A stretch of DNA of 64,000 nt from a bacterium (GTDB lineage Bacteria > Patescibacteriota > Minisyncoccia > Phycocordibacterales > UBA5272). Within the stretch, counting starts at the first letter, position 1, and each line of letters begins with the position of its first letter. The stretch covers positions 55,426 through 119,425 of the forward strand of contig JAHFNC010000002.1 in assembly GCA_023267535.1 (NCBI GenBank). The letters run 5' to 3'. The translations under genes were made by a program, and so were the position numbers. The notes beneath the pieces were generated by a model that ran no database searches, had not been told where the DNA came from, and saw only the letters and a program-made list of their open reading frames with translations. Below, piece by piece: positions 18,316 through 28,216 of this stretch.

Positions 18316-19464
18316 TTATTCTTTATGTTTTTTCATTCCTTCTAATGGCACGCTTACATAAAATGTTGTGCCTTTGTTTAATTTTGATTCAAACCAAACA
18401 TCACCACCAGCTTCTTCGATAGATTTTTTAACCAAATAAAGTCCAAGTCCAGAGCTTTTTACTTTTTTATCAACGATATCAGGGGCTCTATAAAACTTGG
18501 TAAAAATTTTCGGATGTTCCTCTTCAGGAATTCCACCACCAGTGTCTTCCACACTTACAATAATATCTTTTTTTGTTGGTTCAATTTTTACAATTATACA
18601 ACCTCCTTCGTCGGTGTATTTCACGGAATTGGAAAGAAGATTTTCTAAAATTAGATACATTATGTTTTTATCAATATTAATTAGCGGAATATTTTTTCCG
18701 TAAGCCTTTTTAAGGTTTATTTTTTTACTCTTAATAAGAGGAAGAATTTTATCTATAACGCTGTCAGTAAATTTTTTGATATCAGTTTTTTCCGGATTCA
18801 AATGAAACTTTCCAAGTTCAATACGCGAAACATTAAGAAAGAGTTCAATCATATCGGCCATACCTTTTATTTCTTGGGAAATAATTTTTAAATATTTTTT
18901 TTGTTCAGGTAAAGCTTTGACAGCAACACCAGATAAAAGCATCTCAGCAGACAAACCGATACTTGCCAGTGGCGTTCTCATTTGATGAGAAACGAAAGAA
19001 ATGAATTCGTTTTTTACTTTATCCATTTCTCTTTCTTCTGTAATGTCTCTTTCTACACCGACGAAAAATAATATATCATGATTTTCATCTAAAACAGGAG
19101 AAATGGAAACGTGAGCATGATACACTTCGCCATTTTTTCTAACATTTACAACTTCTCCGACGTAACTTCTTTTTTCTATTTTTATAACTTTCCAAAGTTC
19201 TATATAAAATTCCGGAGTCATTTTTTTACCCCACAGAACTCCTGCTTTTCTATTTAAAACTTCTTCAATCTTATATCCCGTACTTCTTTCAACTGCTTTG
19301 TTGGCATAAATCACAATCCCATCCTGATCTGTGATGACTATGTGGTCAGAGGAGTTTTCCACCGCGAGTTTAAATTTTGTGAGCTCCTTATTTAAGTGCT
19401 CCAAATTCGCCATAAATTCTTCAGAATCTGAGGTCTCTTTTATTTTTTTTACTTTAGCAATCAT
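18316..19464 (-). CDS. Cytoplasmic PAS-domain sensor histidine kinase
   Basis: PAS (ITDQDGIVIYANKAVERSTGY), H-box FVSHQMRTPLASI, and a HATPase N/G-box (DTGGGIPEE, GLGL). No TM segment. Confidence 0.85.
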   Translation of the reverse strand: MIAKVKKIKETSDSEEFMANLEHLNKELTKFKLAVENSSDHIVITDQDGIVIYANKAVERSTGYKIEEVLNRKAGVLWGKKMTPEFYIELWKVIKIEKRSYVGEVVNVRKNGEVYHAHVSISPVLDENHDILFFVGVERDITEEREMDKVKNEFISFVSHQMRTPLASIGLSAEMLLSGVAVKALPEQKKYLKIISQEIKGMADMIELFLNVSRIELGKFHLNPEKTDIKKFTDSVIDKILPLIKSKKINLKKAYGKNIPLINIDKNIMYLILENLLSNSVKYTDEGGCIIVKIEPTKKDIIVSVEDTGGGIPEEEHPKIFTKFYRAPDIVDKKVKSSGLGLYLVKKSIEEAGGDVWFESKLNKGTTFYVSVPLEGMKKHKE

Positions 19465-19678
19465 AAGTGAGATTTTTATTATTAAAAATTAAAAACATAA
19501 CCCTTTTATCTATTCTTTCCAACAATGACTAATAGTATATATATGACACAAAATTATACAAAAGACAACTGTCTGGTCTTCATGCCAACTTCATGTGGTT
19601 AGTGCCAATATAATGTCATAGACACTCAAAAGACCAATGCTTAAGTAAACACATTAACAAGACTAATTAATTAAAAAT

Positions 19679-20068
19679 ATGAAAATTCTAAAAATATTGA
19701 TAATTGAAGATGATGAAAGTCTCGCCAAACTATTGAAATCTTATTTTGAAGCCACTGGACAAAAAGCTGACTACTACACAGACGGATTAGTTGGTAAGAG
19801 AATTATAGAGGCGCATTATCCAGAGTATGATCTCATACTTCTAGATTTGATGCTTCCCGGAAAAGATGGACTTGATATTTTAAGCGATATGAATGAGGAG
19901 AATATACAAGTTCCAGTAATCATGATGACGGCACGAGATAGTTTAAGTGACATTTTAACAGCGTACTCTTTCGGAGTTTATGATTATCTCGTTAAGCCAT
20001 TCACATTGAAAAATTTATCATCAAAGATAAAAGCTCTAAGAAGAGAAGAGAGAGCAGGAAGTTATTAG
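19679..20068 (+). CDS. Single-domain (CheY-like) response regulator
   Basis: LIIEDDESLAKLLKS...DLMLPGKDGLDIL...YLVKPF. No output domain. Confidence 0.8.
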   Translation: MKILKILIIEDDESLAKLLKSYFEATGQKADYYTDGLVGKRIIEAHYPEYDLILLDLMLPGKDGLDILSDMNEENIQVPVIMMTARDSLSDILTAYSFGVYDYLVKPFTLKNLSSKIKALRREERAGSY

Positions 20069-20212
20069 AAATCTAAGGGTTAGATAGTTCATAAAAACTT
20101 CATCCTCTCTTTGTTATGCTGACCACATTGTGAAATTTATGAAATTAAATGGATAGGTAAATGAAAAATTATTAAGTAATCAAAATTAAAAAAATAAAAA
20201 TATAAAATTATT

Positions 20213-20914
20213 ATGAAAATAGAAAAAATAAAATTACATTCATTGTTTGCTTTGGCTGTTTTGGCATTTTCCCTTCTGGCCATGACAGGAGATATTGCGT
20301 TTGCTAAAGAAGGGGAAAGTGGGGGTACGAATTCTAACATCAGTGGCATTGACTCAGCTATAAATTTTGAAGAACATGGAGAAAGTTTGGTCACAAATGG
20401 TGGCAGTGACGGTAGTGATAATTCTGCGTCTATACAAGCACAAAGAGGTCGTGGTGATGATGGCTCTGTTTTAGATACTAATGAAAATCAAGGAAGTAGA
20501 AATAGTCGTGGAGATGATAATGTGGCAAGCGGAAGTGTTACAGATAGCTCAAGCTCTAACGTATCAGAAGATAACAGTAACGATGTCGGTGGCTCTAATA
20601 ATTCTGCAGAAGATGTGGGAGATGATAATTCTTCTTTAAGCTCATCGTCTAATTCTTCTTCCGATTCTTCCTTCGAATTAAATGGAGAGCAAAACAGAGA
20701 AGATTCTTCAGTAAACACAGCTTCTTCCAACGCTTTATTTATAGACAAGTCTTCTTCAGGAATGGATGTTGAATCAGACAACAATGGCTCAAGTCAGTCA
20801 GAAGGTGGACAAGACAATATCCAAAGTGGACAAGGGGCATCAAATTTTATTTCTAGTTTTGAAAATAGTATAAGTAATTTTTTTAGCAAATTAGGCGGAA
20901 TATTCAGATTCTAA
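20213..20914 (+). CDS. Secreted low-complexity Ser/Asp/Asn/Gly-rich acidic protein
   Basis: Signal peptide, then a highly acidic S/D/N/G-rich composition. Confidence 0.45.
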   Translation: MKIEKIKLHSLFALAVLAFSLLAMTGDIAFAKEGESGGTNSNISGIDSAINFEEHGESLVTNGGSDGSDNSASIQAQRGRGDDGSVLDTNENQGSRNSRGDDNVASGSVTDSSSSNVSEDNSNDVGGSNNSAEDVGDDNSSLSSSSNSSSDSSFELNGEQNREDSSVNTASSNALFIDKSSSGMDVESDNNGSSQSEGGQDNIQSGQGASNFISSFENSISNFFSKLGGIFRF

Positions 20915-20966
20915 TATTTCTTTTGGAAATTGACGACATAAATTAAAAATTAAATTAAAAATAATT

Positions 20967-23732
20967 ATGAAAAAAATATCGGTCTTAACAAAAAGGGTTT
21001 CCAAAAGTTTGATAAAAATAAAAAACATTTTGGAAACACTCAAAAATGGTCGTGTAAAGTTTTTGCAAAAAAAAATTAAAAAGATTGCTGGTATGGTCGG
21101 TGTAATTTCAATAATGCTTACTACGTTAACATTGCCTACACATGCGGCAGGAAAATTAGGACCAAAGTTGTTTTCGGTGAGTGTAACTCCAGCATCACCC
21201 ACCATTACCGTTGGCTCAACAACTCTGCTTACTGCGACTCCTCTTGACCAGTTAGGTGCTCCGTTCGTGGGAGCAACGGTGAGCTTTGCATCAGGGGATT
21301 CTCTTATCGCTACAGTAAATGCTGGCGGTGTGGTTACTGGTGTTGTCGCAGGTGGTCCTATAAATATTATCGTCACTGCTGATGATGGTGCGGGTGGCAT
21401 TGTCACCGCATTTGCTCCTGTGACGGTAAATCCGAACCCAAACACACCTCCTCCTCCAGCTCCGCCACTTCCAGTAAGTGCTACAACTGATGCGACAGGG
21501 AGTATTGTTTCGATTACTTTTGACAAAGTGATGTCACCCTCGGTCAGCCCATCGGGCTTTGCGGTCTCGGTTAATGGTGTTGCAGACTCTATAATCGGAG
21601 CAGCTGTGAATCCAGCTGGTTCTGCAACTATTGCACTGTCTATTGCAACAACAATTCTATCTGCTCAAACGGTTAGTGTTACCTACGCACCCGGAACGGT
21701 AACCGCTACTGACGGAACGGTACTCGGAGGGTTTGTGAACTTGGGCGCGACAAATGCAAGCACGGTGGCTCCGAGCACGAATGCTACCCTATCTTCAACC
21801 GCATACACGGTCAACAACACACTCCACACTATCACTAATGTTCTGGCCTCTACTACGCCGTCCGTAGTCCTATCTAACTTGACGCCCGCAGCTGGAGCGA
21901 CCATTTTCGGTATATTTCAAACGAATGGTTTCCAGGAAAATGGTCTGGTCCTCACTGGAGATACTCTTCAGGTCATTGCTCAAGACGGTATCACGACGAA
22001 TACGTACACGATAACAACTATCAGACAGCCTCAAACGATTTCCTTTTCTGTACTTACTGGTAAGACATACGGAGCGGCTGATTTCTCGGTTTCTGCAACG
22101 TCGAGCTCTGGGCTCACGGTCGCATTCACCGCAACGGGTTCGTGTACTGCTACGAGTACACTTGTTCATATAACTGGATTAGGTTCTTGCACCGTGACCG
22201 CTTCTCAAGCTGGGGATGCAAACTTCCTTCCGGCGACGAATGTGTTGCAAACGTTCTCCATTGCCCCCGCACCGCTCACGGTTACGGCACTAGTGCAGAG
22301 TAAGGTTTACGGCACGGCGAATCCAACTCTAACATCGACTACTACTGGCTTCGTGAATGGCGAAACTGCGGCGGTACTTACTGTACCTGTTGCGCTATTT
22401 ACAACCGCCACCACGACGAGTCCGACTGGTACATATCCTATTACACCGAGCGGTGCGACCAGTCCTAACTACACGATTACTTTTGTTCCGTCTACGCTTA
22501 CGGTAACTTCGGCACCGCTTACTATTACCGCCAACCTGCAGTCTAGACCTTTTGGTACGGCGAATCCAACTCTAACATCGACTACTACTGGCTTCGTGAA
22601 TGGTGACACATTGGCCTCGCTCGCGACACCTGTGGTGCTATCTACAACCGCACTCATCACGAGTCCGGCGGGCACATATCCCATCACCGTAAGCGGTGCG
22701 ACAAGTCCTAATTACACGATTACATTCGTACCCTCTGTTCTCACTGTTACTCCGGTAATTACTCTTACGTTCGTAACGGTAACTCCGGGAACAGCAACAA
22801 TTGGAGTCGGTGGGACACAACTTACTGTGAGTCTTCTTGATCAAAATGGTGTTGCCTTTACTGGGACAACAACCATAGTGTGGTCTTCCTCTAACACTGC
22901 GGTTGCCACTGTAAGTGCTACTGGCACGGTTACAGGTCTTGCGTCTGGAACTACAACGATTACCGCAAGTGCCACAAATGGGGCATCAACTGTTACAGGT
23001 ACAGCGACAATTACAGTAACACCTGTTCTTACAACAGTTACAATAGCTTCTTCTACAGTTCCGTTCTTGGTCAGCACGACACAACAATTAACTGCAAATC
23101 CATTGGATCAAAGTGGCGTAGCGTTTGTCGGAGCAACTGTCACGTGGGCTTCCAATAATCCCGCAATAGCAAGCATAAATCCGACAACAGGATTAATAAC
23201 GGCAGTCGGAGCAGGCACGGCGAACATAACTGCAACTGCGGTAAGCGGAACAAAAACGGTCACCAGTACTACGACAATCACCGTAGTAAGTCCTGTATTG
23301 ACTAGCGTCACAATCACTTCAGCAACATCTACAATCACTGCCTCGGGGACTCAGGCTTTTACAGTTATTTTGAAAGACCAAACTGGTGGAACATTTTCTG
23401 GTGCAACAGTTACATGGTCATCGTCTAACACTGCAGTTGCCACTGTAAATGCTACTGGTACGGTTACCGGTGTGTCATCTGGAACATCAACTATTATTGC
23501 AACAGCAGTTAGTGGATCAACAACTGTGACCGGGACATCAGTAATAACTGTCTTATCACCAACACCAGTACCGACACCAAGCATTTGTATTACTGGTGCT
23601 GACACTAACGGTGACGGAGTTATATCTACTCTAGAAATTTTAAATTATATAAGAGGATGGAAGACTGGCAATGTGCTCAGCTTACTTCTTCTTAAAGCCA
23701 TAGGCTTTTGGAAGGTCGGGGCAGGGTGTTAA
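20967..23732 (+). CDS. Large surface protein with Big_2-like Ig domains, MBG-type repeats and a dockerin-like C-terminal EF-hand segment
   Basis: Signal peptide, repeated ...TVTGVSSGT..I.ATA.SG...VTGT...TV Big_2-like units, two YGTANPTLTSTTTGFVNG...SPNYTITFVPS MBG-like units, and a C-terminal DTNGDGVISTLEIL. Confidence 0.6.
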   Translation: MKKISVLTKRVSKSLIKIKNILETLKNGRVKFLQKKIKKIAGMVGVISIMLTTLTLPTHAAGKLGPKLFSVSVTPASPTITVGSTTLLTATPLDQLGAPFVGATVSFASGDSLIATVNAGGVVTGVVAGGPINIIVTADDGAGGIVTAFAPVTVNPNPNTPPPPAPPLPVSATTDATGSIVSITFDKVMSPSVSPSGFAVSVNGVADSIIGAAVNPAGSATIALSIATTILSAQTVSVTYAPGTVTATDGTVLGGFVNLGATNASTVAPSTNATLSSTAYTVNNTLHTITNVLASTTPSVVLSNLTPAAGATIFGIFQTNGFQENGLVLTGDTLQVIAQDGITTNTYTITTIRQPQTISFSVLTGKTYGAADFSVSATSSSGLTVAFTATGSCTATSTLVHITGLGSCTVTASQAGDANFLPATNVLQTFSIAPAPLTVTALVQSKVYGTANPTLTSTTTGFVNGETAAVLTVPVALFTTATTTSPTGTYPITPSGATSPNYTITFVPSTLTVTSAPLTITANLQSRPFGTANPTLTSTTTGFVNGDTLASLATPVVLSTTALITSPAGTYPITVSGATSPNYTITFVPSVLTVTPVITLTFVTVTPGTATIGVGGTQLTVSLLDQNGVAFTGTTTIVWSSSNTAVATVSATGTVTGLASGTTTITASATNGASTVTGTATITVTPVLTTVTIASSTVPFLVSTTQQLTANPLDQSGVAFVGATVTWASNNPAIASINPTTGLITAVGAGTANITATAVSGTKTVTSTTTITVVSPVLTSVTITSATSTITASGTQAFTVILKDQTGGTFSGATVTWSSSNTAVATVNATGTVTGVSSGTSTIIATAVSGSTTVTGTSVITVLSPTPVPTPSICITGADTNGDGVISTLEILNYIRGWKTGNVLSLLLLKAIGFWKVGAGC

Positions 23733-23912
23733 AAGAGTTCATAAAAACTTCATTATGTATTTATTACGATTAAATTAGTGTTAAGGGTAGTAAATAATAA
23801 TTAATGGAATTATTGAAAAAAGAATGAAAAATATATTAAAAAAAATAATTAAGAAAATTAAAAAGCAATTACAAAATAAATTAACATAAATTAACTTATC
23901 AACTTAAAAAAT

Positions 23913-26900
23913 ATGACAAATTTAAAATCAAAAATCAAGAAATTAGGAATGATGTCTTTAGGACTTTTATTCTTCTCAGTGTTAGGAGCAAACTCTGCTT
24001 TTGCATCCGACGTCACTCGTAGTTTCTCTACCACAACACCAACTGCAGGGACACCATTAACTGTTACTTTAACTATTAATGTAACTCCTCCAGATACAAC
24101 AGCACCAAATGATTTTTATATCATTGATGAAGTGTTGCCAGCAGGATGGGTTGTATCAGCTCCTGGAACAGGAGACATAACACAAGTTGGTCACATTAAG
24201 TGGGCAGTGTTAAGTGGAGCCACATCTACAGTAGATCAATATACTGTTAGTATCCCCGCTTCAGCAATTGGCACTAGTACATTCGGAGGACAGTTTGCTT
24301 TCGGTTCTAGTCTAGCTCTATCAAATATTCTTGGACCAACCGATGTAAATGTATCTGCACCAGTGGTCGTAACTCCTCCACCTGTAATAGCTACCTCTAC
24401 TCCAATTCTCACAAGTGTAAATGTAACACCTACAACTGCTTCAATCTTAGTTGGTGCTACTCAAGCGTTAACAGCGTCACCACTTGATGCAAGCAGTACA
24501 ACTTTTGTTGGAGCTACAACAGTGTGGTCTTCAAACAATACTGCAGTAGCAACAGTTAATCTTACAACTGGATTGGTTACAGCTATCGGAGCAGGTTCGG
24601 CGACGATTACAGCAACTGCTGTTTCTGGAACTACAACTGTAACAGGTACTTCAGTAATTACAGTTACTGCACCTGTAGTGACTCCTCCACCTGCGCCTAC
24701 TCCAATTCTCACAAGCGTAAATGTAACACCTACAACCGCTTCAATTCTAGTTGGTGCTACTCAAGCCTTAAGTGCTTCACCGCTTGATGCAAGTAGTACA
24801 GCTTTTGTTGGAGCTACAACAGTGTGGTCTTCAGATAATACTGCAATAGCAACAGTAGACGCTACATCTGGATTAGTTACAGCTGTTTCAGCTGGAACTG
24901 CAAACATTGTAGCTACAGTCACTAGCGGTACAACTACAGTTACAGGTACTTCAGTCATTACGGTTACTGCTCCAGTAGTTACTCCTCCACCTGTAATAGC
25001 TACCTCAACTCCAATTCTCACAAGTGTATCAGTTACTCCTGCTTCCGCTTTTGTTCCTAAAGCTACCACTCAACAACTTTCGGCAAGTCCGCTCGATCAA
25101 AATGGTACAGCAATAACCGGAGCAACTGTTACTTGGACATCTTCTGCTCCAACTCTAGCAACAGTTGATGCAACGGGACTTGTAACAGTTGCAAAGGTAA
25201 TAAGTGGCCGACTTCTACCTGCAACAATAACAATTACTGCGACTGTAGTAAGTGGAACCACAACCGTTACGGGTACCTCGATTATTACCATCACTTCTCC
25301 TGTTTTAACAAGTGTAACAATGACGCCAACAACTGCAACGCTCTCTATAGGGGGAACTCAGGCGTTGACCGCTTCTCCTTTTGATCAAAATGGATTAGCT
25401 TTCCCTGGAACAACTGCAACATGGACTTCGTCAAACTCAAACGTTGCTTCCGTTGATGCAACTGGTCTTGTTACAGCTATTTCTGGCGGAACAGCGACAA
25501 TTACTTCAACCGTTACCGATGGAATAAATACGGTAACAGGAACATCTGTTATAACAGTAAATGCTCCTGTTCCAGCACCAACCCCTAGTCCTGTTCTCTT
25601 TAGTGTTTCTGTCTCGCCAGCAACTGCATCTATTGCAGTTGGTGCAACACAGCAATTAACAGCAAGTCCGCTTGATCAGAACGCCTCCGCATTTATCGGT
25701 GCGAATATTACTTGGTCATCTTCCAACCCAGCAGTTGCAAGTGTCTCAGTAGCAGGGCTAGTTACTGCTGTATCAGTCGGTTCGGCAACGATTACAGCAA
25801 CTGCAGTCTCTGGAACAACAACAGTAACTGGAACAGGAACAATTACCGTGACCACAGTAGCTCCAGCTCCTGCACCAGGTGGTTCCATTCTGACAAGTGT
25901 TGTTACAACACCTGCTAGTGTTTCGGTTATAGTTGGCAGCACTCAACAGATTGTTACAAGTATTCTTGACCAAAACGGCGCTAATATTGCTGGTGTCACT
26001 CCATCTTTTACTTCTTCAAATACTACTATTGCAACAGTGAATTCTACTGGTCTCATTACAGCGGTAGCTCCAGGTTCGGTAATAATTACTGCAACGGCAA
26101 TTAATAAAGGACGCACTGTTACCGGAACTACAACTGTAACAGTAAATCCAGTTCCAATTCTCACAAGCGTAAATGTAACACCAGGAACTGCTTCAATCTT
26201 AGTTGGTGCTACACAACAACTAACATCATCAGCTCTTGACCAAAATAGTACAACTTTTGTTGGTGCAACAGTAACATGGTCATCTAGCGATACAACTATT
26301 GCAACTGTTGATGCAAATGGATTAGTTACAGCTATCGGAGCAGGAACATCTACCATTACAGCAACTGCAGTAAGTGGTACGACAACTGTAACAGGTACTT
26401 CAGTAATTACAGTTACTGCACCTGTAGTGACTCCTCCACCTGTAATAGCTACCTCAACTCCAATTCTCACAAGCGTAAATGTAACACCTACAACTGCTTC
26501 AATCTTAGTTGGTGCTACTCAAGCGTTAAGTGCATTACCGCTTGATGCAAGTAGTACAGCTTTTGTTGGAGCTACAACAGTGTGGTCTTCAAACAATACT
26601 GCAGTAGCAACAGTTAATCTTACAACTGGATTGGTTACAGCTATCGGAGCAGGTTCGGCGACGATTACAGCAACTGCAGTAAGTGGTACGACAACTGTAA
26701 CAGGTACTTCAGTAATTACAGTTACTGCACCTGTAGTGACTCCTCCACCTGTAATAGCTACCTCAACTCCAATTCTCACAAGCGTAAATGTAACACCTAC
26801 AACTGCTTCAATCTTAGTTGGTGCTACTCAAGCGTTAAGTGCATTACCGCTTGATGCAAGTAGTACAGCTTTTGTTGGAGCTACAACAGCATGGTCTTCA

Positions 26901-27560
26901 GATAACACCGCTGTAGCAACAGTAGATGCTGTCTCTGGATTAGTTGCAGCTATCTCTGCTGGAACTGCAAATATTATAGCTACAGTTACTAGTGGTACAA
27001 CTACAGTTACAGGTACTTCAACTATTACTGTGACTGCACCAGTGGTTGTTCCACCAGTAGTAACAGGAGGTGGAGGCGGTGGTGGAGGTAGCTCTGGATT
27101 CTTTATTTCAGAACATGAATCTTCTACAGATAACAATCACAACGATAAATCTACAAAGGACAATAACAAAACTAAAAACGATAACTCTAACGAATCAAAA
27201 AGTGATACCACATCTCACGATTCTAACCGAAACAGTGGAAAAGTCTTGGGCGCTACTTCTGTAAATCTTGATAAAAATCTCAGCTTAGGTACCAAAGGTG
27301 ATAACGTCACAGCTTTACAAAAAGTATTAATTAGTATGGGATTCCTAAAAATAAATAATACTACTGGATTTTTCGGACCACTAACTAGAAACGCACTTAT
27401 AGCATGGCAAAAGAAAAATAATCTCCCAGCGACAGGTTTCTTCGGAAAATTATCTAGAGAAATGTTTACTAAGACATTAACTCAGACAGAAGTAAGTCAC
27501 AATTCCTCTTCGGGGAACGCGTCAAACGATTCATCATCTAAAAGCAACAACTCATTATAA
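23913..27560 (+). CDS. Giant surface protein: signal peptide, about 11 Big_2-like repeats, poly-Gly, low-complexity linker, C-terminal PG_binding_1 domain
   Basis: Roughly 100-aa repeats (ILTSVNVTPTTASILVGATQAL...VTGTSVITVTAP), a GGGGGGGG stretch, and a C-terminal GDNVTALQKVLISMGFL...GFFGPLTRNALIAWQKKNNLPATGFFG peptidoglycan-binding signature. Confidence 0.65.
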   Translation: MTNLKSKIKKLGMMSLGLLFFSVLGANSAFASDVTRSFSTTTPTAGTPLTVTLTINVTPPDTTAPNDFYIIDEVLPAGWVVSAPGTGDITQVGHIKWAVLSGATSTVDQYTVSIPASAIGTSTFGGQFAFGSSLALSNILGPTDVNVSAPVVVTPPPVIATSTPILTSVNVTPTTASILVGATQALTASPLDASSTTFVGATTVWSSNNTAVATVNLTTGLVTAIGAGSATITATAVSGTTTVTGTSVITVTAPVVTPPPAPTPILTSVNVTPTTASILVGATQALSASPLDASSTAFVGATTVWSSDNTAIATVDATSGLVTAVSAGTANIVATVTSGTTTVTGTSVITVTAPVVTPPPVIATSTPILTSVSVTPASAFVPKATTQQLSASPLDQNGTAITGATVTWTSSAPTLATVDATGLVTVAKVISGRLLPATITITATVVSGTTTVTGTSIITITSPVLTSVTMTPTTATLSIGGTQALTASPFDQNGLAFPGTTATWTSSNSNVASVDATGLVTAISGGTATITSTVTDGINTVTGTSVITVNAPVPAPTPSPVLFSVSVSPATASIAVGATQQLTASPLDQNASAFIGANITWSSSNPAVASVSVAGLVTAVSVGSATITATAVSGTTTVTGTGTITVTTVAPAPAPGGSILTSVVTTPASVSVIVGSTQQIVTSILDQNGANIAGVTPSFTSSNTTIATVNSTGLITAVAPGSVIITATAINKGRTVTGTTTVTVNPVPILTSVNVTPGTASILVGATQQLTSSALDQNSTTFVGATVTWSSSDTTIATVDANGLVTAIGAGTSTITATAVSGTTTVTGTSVITVTAPVVTPPPVIATSTPILTSVNVTPTTASILVGATQALSALPLDASSTAFVGATTVWSSNNTAVATVNLTTGLVTAIGAGSATITATAVSGTTTVTGTSVITVTAPVVTPPPVIATSTPILTSVNVTPTTASILVGATQALSALPLDASSTAFVGATTAWSSDNTAVATVDAVSGLVAAISAGTANIIATVTSGTTTVTGTSTITVTAPVVVPPVVTGGGGGGGGSSGFFISEHESSTDNNHNDKSTKDNNKTKNDNSNESKSDTTSHDSNRNSGKVLGATSVNLDKNLSLGTKGDNVTALQKVLISMGFLKINNTTGFFGPLTRNALIAWQKKNNLPATGFFGKLSREMFTKTLTQTEVSHNSSSGNASNDSSSKSNNSL
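26456..27073 (+). repeat. Two tandem ~309-bp near-identical intragenic repeat units, with homologous units at about 24399, 24699, 25006 and 26146
   Basis: Long stretches of the units are identical at the nucleotide level. The second unit is a mosaic of the 26456 and 24699 units. Confidence 0.7.
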
Positions 27561-27581
27561 AAATCTACTAATATAAAAAAT

Positions 27582-28067
27582 ATGAACAAAAGAATTTATT
27601 GGATAGTGCTCTTAATAATCATAATCATTGGTATCGGGGTATATATTTACTCTCCAAATACATCACAAGTAGAGAACACTCAGTCCACATCTTCAACTAA
27701 TAGTCAGCCCTACGACAATAACTCAGGTGCTACACCTACAAATCAAGCACAAGATACTGGGAACACTGGAAACAGTCAGACCCCTGTGAAAGTAAAGGAG
27801 TTTATTGTTTCTGGAAGTAATTTCTCAATGTCTCCAAATGTAATAACAGTTAACAAAGGGGATACGGTTAAAATAACTTTTAGAGATGATAATGGATTTC
27901 ATAATCTACAAGTGGAAGGTTATGGAGTCGGAACACCAAATCTTCAAACTGGAGGTGAAAGTGTTATACAATTCGTAGCTGATAAAGCGGGAACCTTCCA
28001 ATATTACTGTTCGGTAGATAGTCATAGAGACAAAGGTATGGTCGGAAAACTCATTGTGAATCCATAA
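27582..28067 (+). CDS. Cupredoxin (blue copper protein, azurin/plastocyanin-like)
   Basis: N-terminal TM/signal anchor, the GFHNL (His ligand 'HN') motif, and YYCSVDSHRDKGM, which gives Cys-x4-His-x4-Met ligand spacing similar to azurin. Confidence 0.6.
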   Translation: MNKRIYWIVLLIIIIIGIGVYIYSPNTSQVENTQSTSSTNSQPYDNNSGATPTNQAQDTGNTGNSQTPVKVKEFIVSGSNFSMSPNVITVNKGDTVKITFRDDNGFHNLQVEGYGVGTPNLQTGGESVIQFVADKAGTFQYYCSVDSHRDKGMVGKLIVNP

Positions 28068-28116
28068 ATTGTACAAGTCATAATGAGTTACTAGATCTTT
28101 CCATTGCTTTTTAAAA

Positions 28117-28152
28117 AGACATAAAAGAACAACCGCACCAAACGGTGCGGTT
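28117..28152 (+). terminator. Rho-independent terminator
   Basis: agaacaaccgcacc-aaac-ggtgcggttgttct followed by TTTT. Confidence 0.7.
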
Positions 28153-28216
28153 GTTCTTTTTGTATCTAATAGACAGGGGTGTGAAAGGGTGTTTATTTAA
28201 GATATAATGTAAAGAA

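Noticed and set aside
21683-23605. Multiple minus-strand ORFs (21683..21904, 21870..22169, 22469..23605 series) inside the 921-aa surface-protein gene
   Set aside because: They are antisense to a long, repeat-rich ORF with clear signal-peptide and domain logic. The Thr/Val/Ala-rich translations are the mirror image of the repeats.
24461-27264. Eight or more minus-strand or alternate-frame ORFs (24461..24712, 24761..25069, 25943..26470, 26828..27136 and others) inside the 1215-aa gene
   Set aside because: Same reasoning: they are repeat-driven antisense artefacts. Their near-identical sequences simply mirror the intragenic repeats.
20967-27560. Diversity-generating retroelement (DGR) acting on the repeat-rich surface proteins
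   Set aside because: I looked for a reverse transcriptase ORF (YxDD motif) and a template/variable repeat pair with adenine-specific mismatches near the C-termini. No reverse transcriptase is present in the window, and the repeats are in-frame domain duplications rather than TR/VR pairs.
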